Shown one piece after another: positions 1-9,119 of a stretch of 64,000 nucleotides of DNA (position 1 is the first letter of the stretch; each line of letters begins with the position of its first letter). The stretch is from positions 2,040 through 66,039 of the forward strand of contig CANROY010000001.1 in NCBI GenBank assembly GCA_947632355.1, read 5' to 3'. The DNA is from an uncultured Bacilli bacterium. Lineage in GTDB: Bacteria > Bacillota_I > Bacilli_A > RF39 > UBA660. A program made the translations under genes and the position numbers. The notes beneath the pieces are model-generated. The model did not search any database and was not told where the DNA came from. It worked only from the letters and a program-made list of their open reading frames with translations.

Positions 1-1
1 T

Positions 2-856
2 AAAATCAAACTAGAAGATGAGGATGGAAACACATACGAATTTGAAATCATTGGTATTTTTAAAGAAAACGAAGAAGAAGCAAGCACAATGTCTATGTTT
101 TCCAATTCTGCCAATACGATTGTAACAAACGCAAATGTTGTTGCAACGGTTACTTCAAGTAACGAAGATTTAAACGCAACTGTTACCCCAACCTTCCTTA
201 TTGATTCTTATGACAGCGTAGAAAAACTACAAAATGAATTTTATGAAAAAGGTTTAGATGAAAACTTTGTACTACAAACCAATGAAGAAGAAGCAACAAG
301 TGGTATTGCTAGTATTGAAAATATTAATTCATTTGCAACGACCTTTTTAGTCATTACTCTTTTGATTGGTGGTATTGTTTTATTGGTTATTAATATGATA
401 AATATTCGTGAAAGAAAATACGAAATTGGTGTTTTAAGAACAATTGGTATTAGTAAACTGAAATTAACAATGCAATTTGTATTAGAACTTGTTCTTGTTT
501 CCATTGTTGCATTAATGCTTGGAGCAGGAATTGGTGCCATCAGTTCGAAAGAAGTAAGTAATTCACTACTTGCAAATGAAATCAATAGTAGTAACGAAAG
601 AACAGAAGAAACTCTTAAAAACTTTGGTGGAGAAAATAAAAATGGTGGAATGCCAAACCTAAATGATAGAGGAGAAATGCGAGGAAAAGGAATGCCTGTT
701 GTAGAAGCATATGATTCAATTGATGCTGTTGTGGATATGAAAGTAATACTTGAATTACTTGGTATTGGATTAACACTTGTATCCGTAAGTTCCATTGCTT
801 CTATGATAAGTATCCAAAGATTTTCACCATTAACCATTTTGAAAGAGAGGTCTTAA
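2..856 (+). CDS. ABC transporter permease, FtsX family (C-terminal part; gene starts upstream of window)
   Basis: Frame 2 is open from window start; C-terminal FtsX-type 4-TM module (LVITLLIGGIVLLVINMINIRERKYEIGVLRTIGISK...); immediately followed by cognate ABC ATPase. Confidence 0.75.
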   Translation, partial: KIKLEDEDGNTYEFEIIGIFKENEEEASTMSMFSNSANTIVTNANVVATVTSSNEDLNATVTPTFLIDSYDSVEKLQNEFYEKGLDENFVLQTNEEEATSGIASIENINSFATTFLVITLLIGGIVLLVINMINIRERKYEIGVLRTIGISKLKLTMQFVLELVLVSIVALMLGAGIGAISSKEVSNSLLANEINSSNERTEETLKNFGGENKNGGMPNLNDRGEMRGKGMPVVEAYDSIDAVVDMKVILELLGIGLTLVSVSSIASMISIQRFSPLTILKERS

Positions 857-858
857 AA

Positions 859-1539
859 ATGAAAGAAAAGAAGAAAGAAAAAGTTTTATTAAGTGTACAA
901 AATGCAAGTTATAGATATAGTGATGCCGAATCAAAAGATGACTATGCATTAAAAAATGTAAGTTTTGATTTTGAAAGTGGAAAACTATATGCTATAAGAG
1001 GTCGAAGTGGTACAGGAAAAACAACTCTTTTATCCCTTATTAGTGGACTTGAGCGATGTACAGAAGGTGAAATTTTATTTGATGGTAAAAGTCTTAAGAA
1101 TATGAATTTAGATAAGTATCGTAATCGTGATATAGGAATTGTTTTTCAAAGTTATAATCTATTACCATTTATGACTGCTGCTGAAAATATCATTCTTTCT
1201 ATGGATGTGAGTGGTTTAAAAATCAAAAACAAAAAACAAAAAGCCATAGAACTTATGGAAAAAGTTGGTTTAAAAGAAACCTATGCCAATCGTAAAGTGT
1301 TAAGATTATCTGGTGGTGAACAACAAAGAGTTGCTATCGCAAGAAGTTTATCTTACAATCCAAAAATGATTATCGCCGATGAACCAACAGGAAATCTAGA
1401 TAAACAAACGGAAACAGAAATTTTAGAAATATTTAAAAAACTAGCCCACGAAGAAAATAAATGTGTTATTATTGTAACGCATTCCCAAAATGTATGTGAT
1501 ACTGTGGATGTCATATATGATTTAAAAAAGGTAGGATGA
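859..1539 (+). CDS. ABC transporter ATP-binding protein (MacB/LolD-like)
   Basis: Walker A GRSGTGKTTLLS, ABC signature LSGGEQQRVAIARSL, Walker B IIADEPTGNLD; RBS GAGAGG 6 nt upstream; TGA stop. Confidence 0.9.
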   Translation: MKEKKKEKVLLSVQNASYRYSDAESKDDYALKNVSFDFESGKLYAIRGRSGTGKTTLLSLISGLERCTEGEILFDGKSLKNMNLDKYRNRDIGIVFQSYNLLPFMTAAENIILSMDVSGLKIKNKKQKAIELMEKVGLKETYANRKVLRLSGGEQQRVAIARSLSYNPKMIIADEPTGNLDKQTETEILEIFKKLAHEENKCVIIVTHSQNVCDTVDVIYDLKKVG

Positions 1540-1542
1540 AAA

Positions 1543-1562
1543 GTTTATAAATCCTGCCTTTT
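1543..1562. repeat. 20-bp direct repeat GTTTATAAATCCTGCCTTTT (copy 1)
   Basis: Near-identical copy at 3044..3064; the two copies bracket the two minus-strand genes 1569..2947. Confidence 0.6.
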
Positions 1563-1568
1563 ACATTT

Positions 1569-2141
1569 TTACAAAATTTTACTTCTTTTATTCAATAAAA
1601 GTTCTCTAATTTCTTTCCAATTATCAACCCTAATTATATTTTGATTATCCAATTCTTCTTTTGTTAAGTCTTTGTTATGCCACGCAGTAAATAATATTTT
1701 AGTTTCTGCTCCCTCAATATTACTTATCTTATCATCTATTTTTATATCGCAATTAATAATAGACTTATCAGCAGTAAATATAAAATTTTTAGGATTAATA
1801 AAGTCTAATTGTTTATAGAGAAAATTGTATTTATTTTTTAGATTGGTACCTGCAAACTCCACTATTTCTCTCCAAATATAATCAGTACATATATAAATAG
1901 TATAATATTTACTCAATTCTTTTAATACATTATAGCAATCTGGCAAAAGTGTTGCATTTGCATACATATCTATATCTTTAAATTTACTAAAAAAATCTTC
2001 TTTCTTATCTCCTAAAATATCTTGAACATAATAATTTTTTATATTTTTATAATCCGGTATGTATCCTAAATAATCTTCTAATATTTTAGAAAAATTTCCA
2101 GAGGTTAATACACTATCCATATCTACCATTATTGATTTCAT
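1569..2141 (-). CDS. 5'(3')-deoxyribonucleotidase, HAD superfamily (NT5C/YorS-like)
   Basis: N-terminal DMDSVL HAD motif I; YTIYICTD; IDDKISNIEGAETKILFTAWHN matches the NT5C family C-terminal motifs. Confidence 0.7.
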   Translation of the reverse strand: MKSIMVDMDSVLTSGNFSKILEDYLGYIPDYKNIKNYYVQDILGDKKEDFFSKFKDIDMYANATLLPDCYNVLKELSKYYTIYICTDYIWREIVEFAGTNLKNKYNFLYKQLDFINPKNFIFTADKSIINCDIKIDDKISNIEGAETKILFTAWHNKDLTKEELDNQNIIRVDNWKEIRELLLNKRSKIL

Positions 2142-2149
2142 TGAATCAC

Positions 2150-2947
2150 CTACATTTTTCTTATTTTGTTTTCTAAAACTTTTGCATTATTATCTAACAA
2201 ACTTTTGCTTTCAAATAATTCTTTGTTAAATAAAAAGGGAGTAAATATTTTATTTTGGTCAAATTGAGGAATATTTGCTAAATCTTCCAACTTAATCCAT
2301 TCTAACGTTCCTTCTTCTGAAATAGTTTTTAAATTACCTTCAAATTCCTCTGCCGTATATACAAATATAATTCCTTCCTCCTTATCTTTCCAATAAGACA
2401 TACCTTGCAATCTAGGATTAAGTAATGTTAAACCCGTTTCTTCATAAAATTCTCTAATAATGCAATCTAAAGGTGATTCACCTTCTTCAAATTTACCACC
2501 AGGAGGAGCATAAACATGCCCCCACTTTTTGGTAAATTTAATCATTAATACTTTGTTATCCTTTTTTAAATAACAGGCAGTTGAATTAAGATGAGCAACT
2601 CTGTGCTTTTTAATAGAAAAAATCACACAACCATTTTCTTCAGATTCTTCTTTAGTATAAAAACCACTATCATAAGTATCTTGAACAATAGCATCAACAC
2701 TTTCATATCTATCTTTAAAATCTTCTTCATAATATTTAGAATAACAATCATACCAATTATCAAAAGTTTCTATTCCTTTAACATCAACAACAAATTCTTC
2801 ATCTAAATTAGGAAGTTTTAAAAATCTAATAGTATCTCCAACTCTTACTAATTTCCTTTTTTCATCATTAACTCTATATTCTCTTTTTTTCTTGCCAGAC
2901 TTTATGTCATTAAAACTAGACTCATAAAGTTTCATTATATGTTCCAT
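2150..2947 (-). CDS. NUDIX hydrolase with N-terminal ASCH-like domain
   Basis: Nudix box GGKFEEGESPLDCIIREFYEETGL (Gx5Ex7REuxEExGu); N-terminal ~110 aa beta-barrel-like ASCH-type region. Confidence 0.75.
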   Translation of the reverse strand: MEHIMKLYESSFNDIKSGKKKREYRVNDEKRKLVRVGDTIRFLKLPNLDEEFVVDVKGIETFDNWYDCYSKYYEEDFKDRYESVDAIVQDTYDSGFYTKEESEENGCVIFSIKKHRVAHLNSTACYLKKDNKVLMIKFTKKWGHVYAPPGGKFEEGESPLDCIIREFYEETGLTLLNPRLQGMSYWKDKEEGIIFVYTAEEFEGNLKTISEEGTLEWIKLEDLANIPQFDQNKIFTPFLFNKELFESKSLLDNNAKVLENKIRKM

Positions 2948-3043
2948 AGAATGCCTCCAACTAATAAAATTATACTATATTTAATCAAAACAACAACACT
3001 AAAATATGTAGTTAATTCTATAATATAAATAAAATCGATAACA

Positions 3044-3064
3044 GTTTTATAAATCCTGCCTTTT
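3044..3064. repeat. Direct repeat GTTTTATAAATCCTGCCTTTT (copy 2)
   Basis: Matches 1543..1562. Confidence 0.6.
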
Positions 3065-3111
3065 TTTTGAATTGCAACAAACTTATGTTATAATTTGTAA
3101 AAAAGTGGTGA

Positions 3112-3777
3112 ATGAATATGACTAAAGATATTAAAGAAACAAAAATTACTGAATTTTTAAATAAATATAGTTCTTTATACCCTGATTATGCAAAAAATGA
3201 ATTTAAAAATATACTGAATGGATATACAATAAACAATGATTTAATAAATCAAATATATTGTTACTTAAATTTAATTGATATAAAAAAATCTGATTATTAT
3301 ATTTTTTATAATTATCTAAAAAAGGATCAGTTTTTAAAGGATAATATGTTAGAAGTAGGATGTGGTGCCATTCCAATATTATCTTACATTATCTCTGAAA
3401 ATAATTATCAAATAACGGCTTTGGATAAAACCGTTGTTATTAAAGATTTTAAATTCCCAATTATTGAGCAAAAAATAGAGAATCATTTTAATTTTTCACA
3501 ATATAATAGTGTTGTTGCTTTTAGACCTTGTATGACAACAGAAATTATAATAAAAGAATGTTTAACAAATAAAATCCCATTTTGCATCTATTTATGTAAT
3601 TGTGCTTTATATCCACAAGAAGACTACCAACTATTTAATGAAAAGGATTGGTCAAATAAAAAATGGATTCAATATTTGGAAGATAGGATTAAGAAATATA
3701 ATATACATAATATGGAAATTAAAATAGACTACCAAACAAATTTATTTGATGAAATGCCAATTATATCCGCAAAATAA
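3112..3777 (+). CDS. Hypothetical protein (possible SAM-MTase-like Rossmann motif LEVGCGA)
   Basis: 221-aa ORF with upstream TTGAAT-16-TATAAT promoter and GTGGTG RBS; weak glycine-rich motif only. Confidence 0.45.
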   Translation: MNMTKDIKETKITEFLNKYSSLYPDYAKNEFKNILNGYTINNDLINQIYCYLNLIDIKKSDYYIFYNYLKKDQFLKDNMLEVGCGAIPILSYIISENNYQITALDKTVVIKDFKFPIIEQKIENHFNFSQYNSVVAFRPCMTTEIIIKECLTNKIPFCIYLCNCALYPQEDYQLFNEKDWSNKKWIQYLEDRIKKYNIHNMEIKIDYQTNLFDEMPIISAK

Positions 3778-3792
3778 ATTGCTATAAAAATT

Positions 3793-3823
3793 TCTTACAC
3801 AAAATAAAAATTTGTGCTACAAT
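3793..3823 (+). promoter_or_regulatory. Promoter TTCTTACAC..TGcTACAAT (extended -10); paralogue of 5336..5368
   Basis: TGnTACAAT extended -10 about 95 nt upstream of the MATE RBS; same TTTCTTACACAAAA..TTTGCTAYAATG architecture repeated at 5336. Confidence 0.55.
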
Positions 3824-3878
3824 GAATAACGTTGAGTAAAAAAAACGAAAGTCAATGAATCAATGAGTAGCAAAAATG

Positions 3879-3917
3879 CGTAAGTCCAGTTGAATAAGGG
3901 CTTACGTATTTTATTTG
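3879..3917 (+). terminator. Leader hairpin plus U-tract (attenuator/terminator) in MATE 5' leader
   Basis: CGTAAGTCC / GGGCTTACG 9-bp stem, 10-nt loop, followed by TATTTTATTTG. Confidence 0.5.
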
Positions 3918-3944
3918 CTTAAAAATAAAGGAGGAATTATATAT

Positions 3945-5330
3945 ATGAAAGAACTTGATTTAGGAAAGGACAAAATTTCAAAACTATTAAAGAAATTTGC
4001 TATTCCCTGTGTCATTAGTATGATTGTTGCAGCACTTTATAACATTGTTGACCAAATCTTTATCGGTTGGAGTGATGCCGGTGCTTTTGGAAATGCCGCT
4101 ACCAATATTGTTTATCCTTTTACCGTGATTGCCCTTGCTTTTGCTCTCCTTATTGGAGATGGTGCTGCTGCTTTATTCAATCTATCTTTAGGTGCTAAGA
4201 ATAACAACCAAGCAAATAAATCTATTGGAAATGGTTTACTACTTTTAGTTGGTATTTCTTTTGTACTCACCATTCTTGGTCTTCTATTTCAAAACCCTAT
4301 CTTAAAAATTTTTGGAGGTAATCCAAACGAAGTTTTATGCTATGAATACGCAAAATCTTACTTACAAATTATTACGTATGGCCTACCGTTTTATATTATC
4401 GGTCAAGGGTTAAATGCATCCATTCGTAGTGATGGTAGTCCCAATTATGCAATGTTTGCTACTATGCTAGGAGCTATTACCAATATCATTTTAGACCCAA
4501 TCTTCATCTTTGTATTTCATATGGGAGTAAAAGGTGCAGCACTTGCAACCATTCTTGGTCAAATTTTAACATTCTTAGTAAGTATTCTCTATATAAGGAA
4601 AGCCAAATACTTTTCTATCAACCAACAAGCCTTAAAACTAGATAAAGAAATTTGTAAAAAAATACTTTCTTTAGGTCTTGCATCCTTGATTACGCAAATT
4701 GCCATTGTGATTATTATTGCTGTTGCGAATAACTTAGTAACACAATATGGCTATACAACTCTATCTTCAACAGGAAATCCTTATGGAGTCGTTATCCCAC
4801 TTGCAGTCATTGGAATTTGTATGAAAATATTTGGTATTGTTGTATCTATTGTCATTGGAGTTTCATTAGGTGGTATGCCAATCATTGGTTTTAATCGTGG
4901 GTCAGGAAATATAGAAAGAGTAAAAGAAACCATCAAATATATCCTTATCATAAATCTTTTGATTGGTTGCATTGCTTTTTTACTCTTTGAATTTTTTCCA
5001 ACGTTCATTATTAATCTATTTGGTAAAGGAAATTCTTTTGAATACTTAGAATACGCCCAATACTGTTTAAAAATTTTCTTAGGAGGAATTATTCTAACTT
5101 GCTTAGTAAAATCTTTATCTATTCTTTTACAATCAATGGGTTCTAGTTTTAAATCCACTCTACTTGCTTTATCAAGAGACGTTCTCTTTTTTGTACCAGC
5201 CATTTTATTACTAGCCAAAATAAGTGAAAGTGTTGTTACAATGTTATGGAGTGCTTTAATTGCCGATATTTTATCTTTCCTTTTAGGAATGATACTTTTA
5301 CTAAGTGAATTTAAAAAAATAGAAAAGTAA
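3945..5330 (+). CDS. MATE family efflux transporter
   Basis: 12-TM protein with MATE N-terminal signature (KLLKKFAIPCVISMIVAALYNIVDQIFIG); AAAGGAGG RBS 8 nt upstream of ATG 3945 (ORF track start 3915 lies inside the RBS). Confidence 0.85.
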   Translation: MKELDLGKDKISKLLKKFAIPCVISMIVAALYNIVDQIFIGWSDAGAFGNAATNIVYPFTVIALAFALLIGDGAAALFNLSLGAKNNNQANKSIGNGLLLLVGISFVLTILGLLFQNPILKIFGGNPNEVLCYEYAKSYLQIITYGLPFYIIGQGLNASIRSDGSPNYAMFATMLGAITNIILDPIFIFVFHMGVKGAALATILGQILTFLVSILYIRKAKYFSINQQALKLDKEICKKILSLGLASLITQIAIVIIIAVANNLVTQYGYTTLSSTGNPYGVVIPLAVIGICMKIFGIVVSIVIGVSLGGMPIIGFNRGSGNIERVKETIKYILIINLLIGCIAFLLFEFFPTFIINLFGKGNSFEYLEYAQYCLKIFLGGIILTCLVKSLSILLQSMGSSFKSTLLALSRDVLFFVPAILLLAKISESVVTMLWSALIADILSFLLGMILLLSEFKKIEK

Positions 5331-5335
5331 AAATT

Positions 5336-5368
5336 TTCTTACACAAAAAGAAAAACTTTGCTATAATG
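5336..5368 (+). promoter_or_regulatory. Promoter TTCTTACAC..TGcTATAAT (extended -10); paralogue of 3793..3823
   Basis: Near-identical architecture to the MATE promoter. Confidence 0.55.
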
Positions 5369-5394
5369 TTTTTGGCAAAGAATAGTAGTAAACG

Positions 5395-5462
5395 ACACAT
5401 GTAGAGCATCCTGCTCGTAAATCTGATTACGGAAACTAAGGATAACTCTATATGTGTTTTTT
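5395..5462 (+). terminator. Leader terminator/attenuator: long-range stem ACACATGTAGAG / CTCTATATGTGT enclosing inner hairpin CGTAA-ATCTGA-TTACG, then U6
   Basis: Complementary arms 5395-5406 / 5446-5457 followed by TTTTTT; inner hairpin plus A-rich tail GAAACTAAGGA resembles a preQ1-I-like layout (weak). Confidence 0.45.
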
Positions 5463-5490
5463 ATTGTCTAAAATAAGGAGGTGAAATGTT

Positions 5491-6033
5491 ATGCCATCCA
5501 ATAAAAAGGAAAGAGCAATTTTTGCTTTTATCACGGTTTTGATTACAGTACACGCTTATGTATTTTATAGTTTGTATGTCATAAATGGTAGTACTTTAAT
5601 GAATGCAACTGGAGAAAGTAGTGTTTTAATTGCCATTAACCATTTAGGTGGTGTGTATATGTTTGGGCGCTATTTACCCATTTGGGCTGTTGTTTTAACA
5701 GAATTTTGTTTTGCTTATTGTATGGAAATGCTAGTTGGTAGTCCTTTTTCCTTTAAAATGGCTTGTAAAAATTTTGATATCAAAAAAACAGACCCTGTTC
5801 AATTTGAAACAGCCGTTATTTGTGCAACGGTTGCAATAATGGTTCCTGTTATGAGTTTAATTGCAGCATTCTTATATTATCCATACTATGCAGGATTTCA
5901 TATTGTAACTTTACTTGCGAATTGGTTGAAATTAATTTGTTTTAATTTTCCTTTTGCTTATTTTTCTCAACTATTTTTTATTCAACCACTCGTAAGAACA
6001 ATCTTTAAATTCTTATTCAAAAAGAATAAGTAA
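5491..6033 (+). CDS. Small polytopic membrane protein (~5 TM), possible ECF-type S component/transporter
   Basis: 180 aa, hydrophobic helices; strong RBS AAGGAGGTG; preceded by structured leader. Confidence 0.6.
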   Translation: MPSNKKERAIFAFITVLITVHAYVFYSLYVINGSTLMNATGESSVLIAINHLGGVYMFGRYLPIWAVVLTEFCFAYCMEMLVGSPFSFKMACKNFDIKKTDPVQFETAVICATVAIMVPVMSLIAAFLYYPYYAGFHIVTLLANWLKLICFNFPFAYFSQLFFIQPLVRTIFKFLFKKNK

Positions 6034-6097
6034 ATTTGTAGCAAATCATTTTGGTTTGCTTTTTTTGATATAATGCTTTTAACAGGAGGTTAGAAAA

Positions 6098-6580
6098 ATG
6101 AATCAAAACAAATTAGAAACCATTTCAAATTTATTTGAAGGTAAAGAAATAAGAAGTATTTGGGATAGCGAAAAAGGAGACTATTACTTTAGTGTGGTAG
6201 ATGTAATATCCGTTTTAACAAATGCCAATATTCCTAGAAATTATTGGAGTGATTTAAAAAGAAAATTAGAAAAGGAAGGAAGTCAACTGCACGAAAATAT
6301 CGTGCAGTTGAAAATGAAAGCACAAGATGGAAAATTAAGAGGAACTGATACTTTAAACACTAAAGGAATATTTAGACTTATAGAATCAGTTCCAAGTCCT
6401 AAAGCAGAACCATTTAAATTATGGCTTGCTAATTTAGGTAGTGAGAGAGTAGATGAAGTCTTTGACCCAGAAATTGCTATTAATAGAGTCATTGACTATT
6501 TTAGAAAACGAGGATATAGCGATAAGTGGATTAAGACACATTTTCTTACCATCCTTCAAAAAGTAAAAGCAAATAGATAG
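6098..6580 (+). CDS. Bro-N domain / DinD-like DNA-damage-inducible protein
   Basis: N-terminal FEGKEIRSIWDSEKGDYYFSVVDVISVL resembles the Bro-N/DinD fold; RBS AGGAGG. Confidence 0.5.
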   Translation: MNQNKLETISNLFEGKEIRSIWDSEKGDYYFSVVDVISVLTNANIPRNYWSDLKRKLEKEGSQLHENIVQLKMKAQDGKLRGTDTLNTKGIFRLIESVPSPKAEPFKLWLANLGSERVDEVFDPEIAINRVIDYFRKRGYSDKWIKTHFLTILQKVKANR

Positions 6581-6680
6581 TAAAGATAGATTTGCAAAGC
6601 AAATGTTAGCATCAGTTGACAAATTTCCAACTCAAACAGGTAGATTGCAACCAAAAGAAACGATATAATTTAGGTGTGAG

Positions 6681-7340
6681 GTGAAAGATTTGAATCATTT
6701 AGGTGAAAGATTATTAGAATTAAGAAAAGAGAAAAAATTATCTCAAGAAGAAGTAGCAGACAAATTAAATGTTACAAGACAAACAATTTCAAAATGGGAA
6801 ACGGACCAAAGCACACCAGACTTTGATAAAATTGTTCCTTTATGTGAATTGTATGGTATTACTCCTAACGAATTATTTATTGAATTAAAAGAAAAGGAAC
6901 CTTCAAAAAAAGTGAAACCTATATTTGATTTTGAAGAAGAAATGAAAAAGAGTAATAAAAAAGCCAAAGGAATTGCCATAAGTATTCTACTTTATTTCAT
7001 ATCAATTGTATGGATTATGATTGCCATTCCTGTTTTAAATATGAATCCTATTGTTGCATCTGCCCTATTCTTGCTTATTTGTGGACTTGCGACCGGTATC
7101 ATTGTTTATGTATGTATTCGTTATAAAAAAATAAAAAATGACGAAGAAGAAACAGAAACAGAAAAATTAATCAATCAAATCTCGAATGTAGTTGCGATTA
7201 TCGTTTTAATTTTTTATTTAGTTATTAGTTTTAAAACAATGGCTTGGAATTTAACGTGGATTATATGGGTCATCTATGGATTATTTGAAGAAATCTTAAA
7301 ATTAATATTTATGCTTAGAGGTACGAAAGATGAAAAATAA
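6681..7340 (+). CDS. XRE-family HTH transcriptional regulator with C-terminal transmembrane segments
   Basis: LSQEEVADKLNVTRQTISKWE HTH; 3 C-terminal TM helices; GTG start after AGGTGTGAGG. Confidence 0.8.
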   Translation: MKDLNHLGERLLELRKEKKLSQEEVADKLNVTRQTISKWETDQSTPDFDKIVPLCELYGITPNELFIELKEKEPSKKVKPIFDFEEEMKKSNKKAKGIAISILLYFISIVWIMIAIPVLNMNPIVASALFLLICGLATGIIVYVCIRYKKIKNDEEETETEKLINQISNVVAIIVLIFYLVISFKTMAWNLTWIIWVIYGLFEEILKLIFMLRGTKDEK

Positions 7341-8217
7341 AAAATGGATTCTAACTTTAATTATTGTACTATCCATTCTTATGATTGGACTAACCGTATT
7401 TTATATTGGACTTATCCAAAACGGCTTTTCTTTGAAAGGATTGAAACTTGGATTACAAAATAGTGAAGAATTAATAGTAGATACGACCTATGAAGAAAAC
7501 TTTAAAAAGATTACTATTGATGCAACAACAAGTAATATTTTTATAAATCATTCCAATACAAATCAGATTACAACTAAAATTTATGGTGAAAAAGAAGATA
7601 CAAACGTTGATACAACCCTTGATACTTTAACGATTAAAACAAATGAAAAAAATTGTATAGGATTTTGTTTCAACCAAAAAGCCACCAAAATAGAAATAGA
7701 ACTACCAGAAGACTTTGATGGAACCATTACCATTCAAAATAAATATGGCAATATTTCTATCGATACATTTTTAAATGCTACAATGGATATAAAAGAAGAT
7801 TGTGGAGACGTAAAAATACTTGCAGGAAAAAGTATTAAAGTTGATAATAAATATGGAGATATAGAAATTAAAAATGCAAATGATGCAACCATTAATGAGG
7901 ATTGTGGAGACGTTACGATTTCTACTATCCAGGATGTAATAGTACAAAATAGTTATGGAGATATAGAAATTGAAACAGTAACGAATTCTCTTCATCTTGA
8001 AAACGATTGTGGTGATATTCAATTAAATAACATCAACTTAAAGAAGGATTCTTATATTAAAGATGATTATGGAGATATAGAGATAGGTTTAACAAACGAA
8101 CTATTTATTGATGCAAAAACAGATTTAGGAAAAGTAAGCATAAATAAGAATACGAACGAAGCCGATGTTACTTTAAAAATTCAAAATAATTGTGGAGATA
8201 TTGAAGTTGAGAACTAG
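7330..8217 (+). CDS. DUF4097-like putative adhesin/beta-helix repeat protein (YvlB-like), N-terminal TM
   Basis: Repeated DCGDV/YGDIEI modules; 11-nt overlap with the upstream XRE regulator (coupled operon). Confidence 0.7.
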   Translation: MKNKKWILTLIIVLSILMIGLTVFYIGLIQNGFSLKGLKLGLQNSEELIVDTTYEENFKKITIDATTSNIFINHSNTNQITTKIYGEKEDTNVDTTLDTLTIKTNEKNCIGFCFNQKATKIEIELPEDFDGTITIQNKYGNISIDTFLNATMDIKEDCGDVKILAGKSIKVDNKYGDIEIKNANDATINEDCGDVTISTIQDVIVQNSYGDIEIETVTNSLHLENDCGDIQLNNINLKKDSYIKDDYGDIEIGLTNELFIDAKTDLGKVSINKNTNEADVTLKIQNNCGDIEVEN

Positions 8218-8220
8218 CAA

Positions 8221-8247
8221 ATTCTACTTGGGATTTGCTTTTTTTAT
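8221..8247 (+). terminator. Rho-independent terminator
   Basis: GCAAAT-loop-ATTTGC followed by T7. Confidence 0.7.
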
Positions 8248-8406
8248 GTTATACTATTTACAGCATACTTATTAGACTCTCTTTTTGTCCTGTTCATTTT
8301 ATTTACTTATGGAATATAGAAAAATAATCGAAAAAAACAAAAGTAAACCTTTGGTATGTTTAAAAATTTATTAAAAATAGTATAGTTCTTCTTGAAAGGA
8401 GAAAAA

Positions 8407-9119
8407 ATGATGAATCAAGAACAAATTGGAAAATTTATTGCCCAACAAAGAAAAGTAAAAGAATTAACGCAAGAAGAACTAGCAGAAAAATAGGAATTAC
8501 CAAAAATGCTGTAAGTAAGTGGGAAAGAGGTTTATGCTTAATGGATATGTCCTTATTAAAACCACTTAGTGAACTTTTAGGTGTAACTATAAATGAACTA
8601 CTTGCTGGTGAAAAGATAGAAGAAAAAGATATTGAAAAAAAGAGCGAAGAAAATATAATAGATACAATTAATTATTCAAATAAAAAAGTATCTGAAAAAA
8701 ACAAATTAATTGCTAAAATTTTATTGTTCTTTGGATTAGGTTTAATATTCAGTGCTTTTTCCGTATTCCCTAGTGAAAGCAGTTGGGGTTCTATTTATTC
8801 TGTTATCGGTATAGTTATTTCTTTACTTGGTTTTACCATTCTAAATAAAGGAAAGACATTTAGAAAAAGATTACTACTAAATATAGGATATACGATTTTC
8901 ATTATCGCCCTATTACTTGTGTTAGATTATAGCAATGTAAAACTAAATCAACAAGCACCAAGATTTAGAATCAAAACAACTACAACAGGAAATGTTATCT
9001 ACTATGATACTCTTTTCTATGATGTATATAGATGTAACTTTGATACAGAAAACGAGTATTGGGTAATTGAAAAGAATAGCAAAAAATCCATTAGCGATTT
9101 AATAAACTATTGTAAATAA
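8407..9119 (+). pseudogene. XRE-family membrane-anchored regulator disrupted by a -1 frameshift in an A5 tract (8486-8490)
   Basis: N-terminal HTH fragment MMNQEQIGKFIAQQRKVKELTQEELAEK stops at 8491. One extra A would give in-frame AEKIGITKNAVSKWERGLCLMDMSLLKPL..., continuing into ORF 8541..9119 (HTH helix 3 plus TM tail). Confidence 0.65.

Noticed and set aside
3915-3944. ORF-track start 3915 for the MATE gene (MLKNKGGIIYMKELD...)
   Set aside because: The AAAGGAGG Shine-Dalgarno lies inside that extension; ATG 3945 with 8-nt spacing is the credible start.
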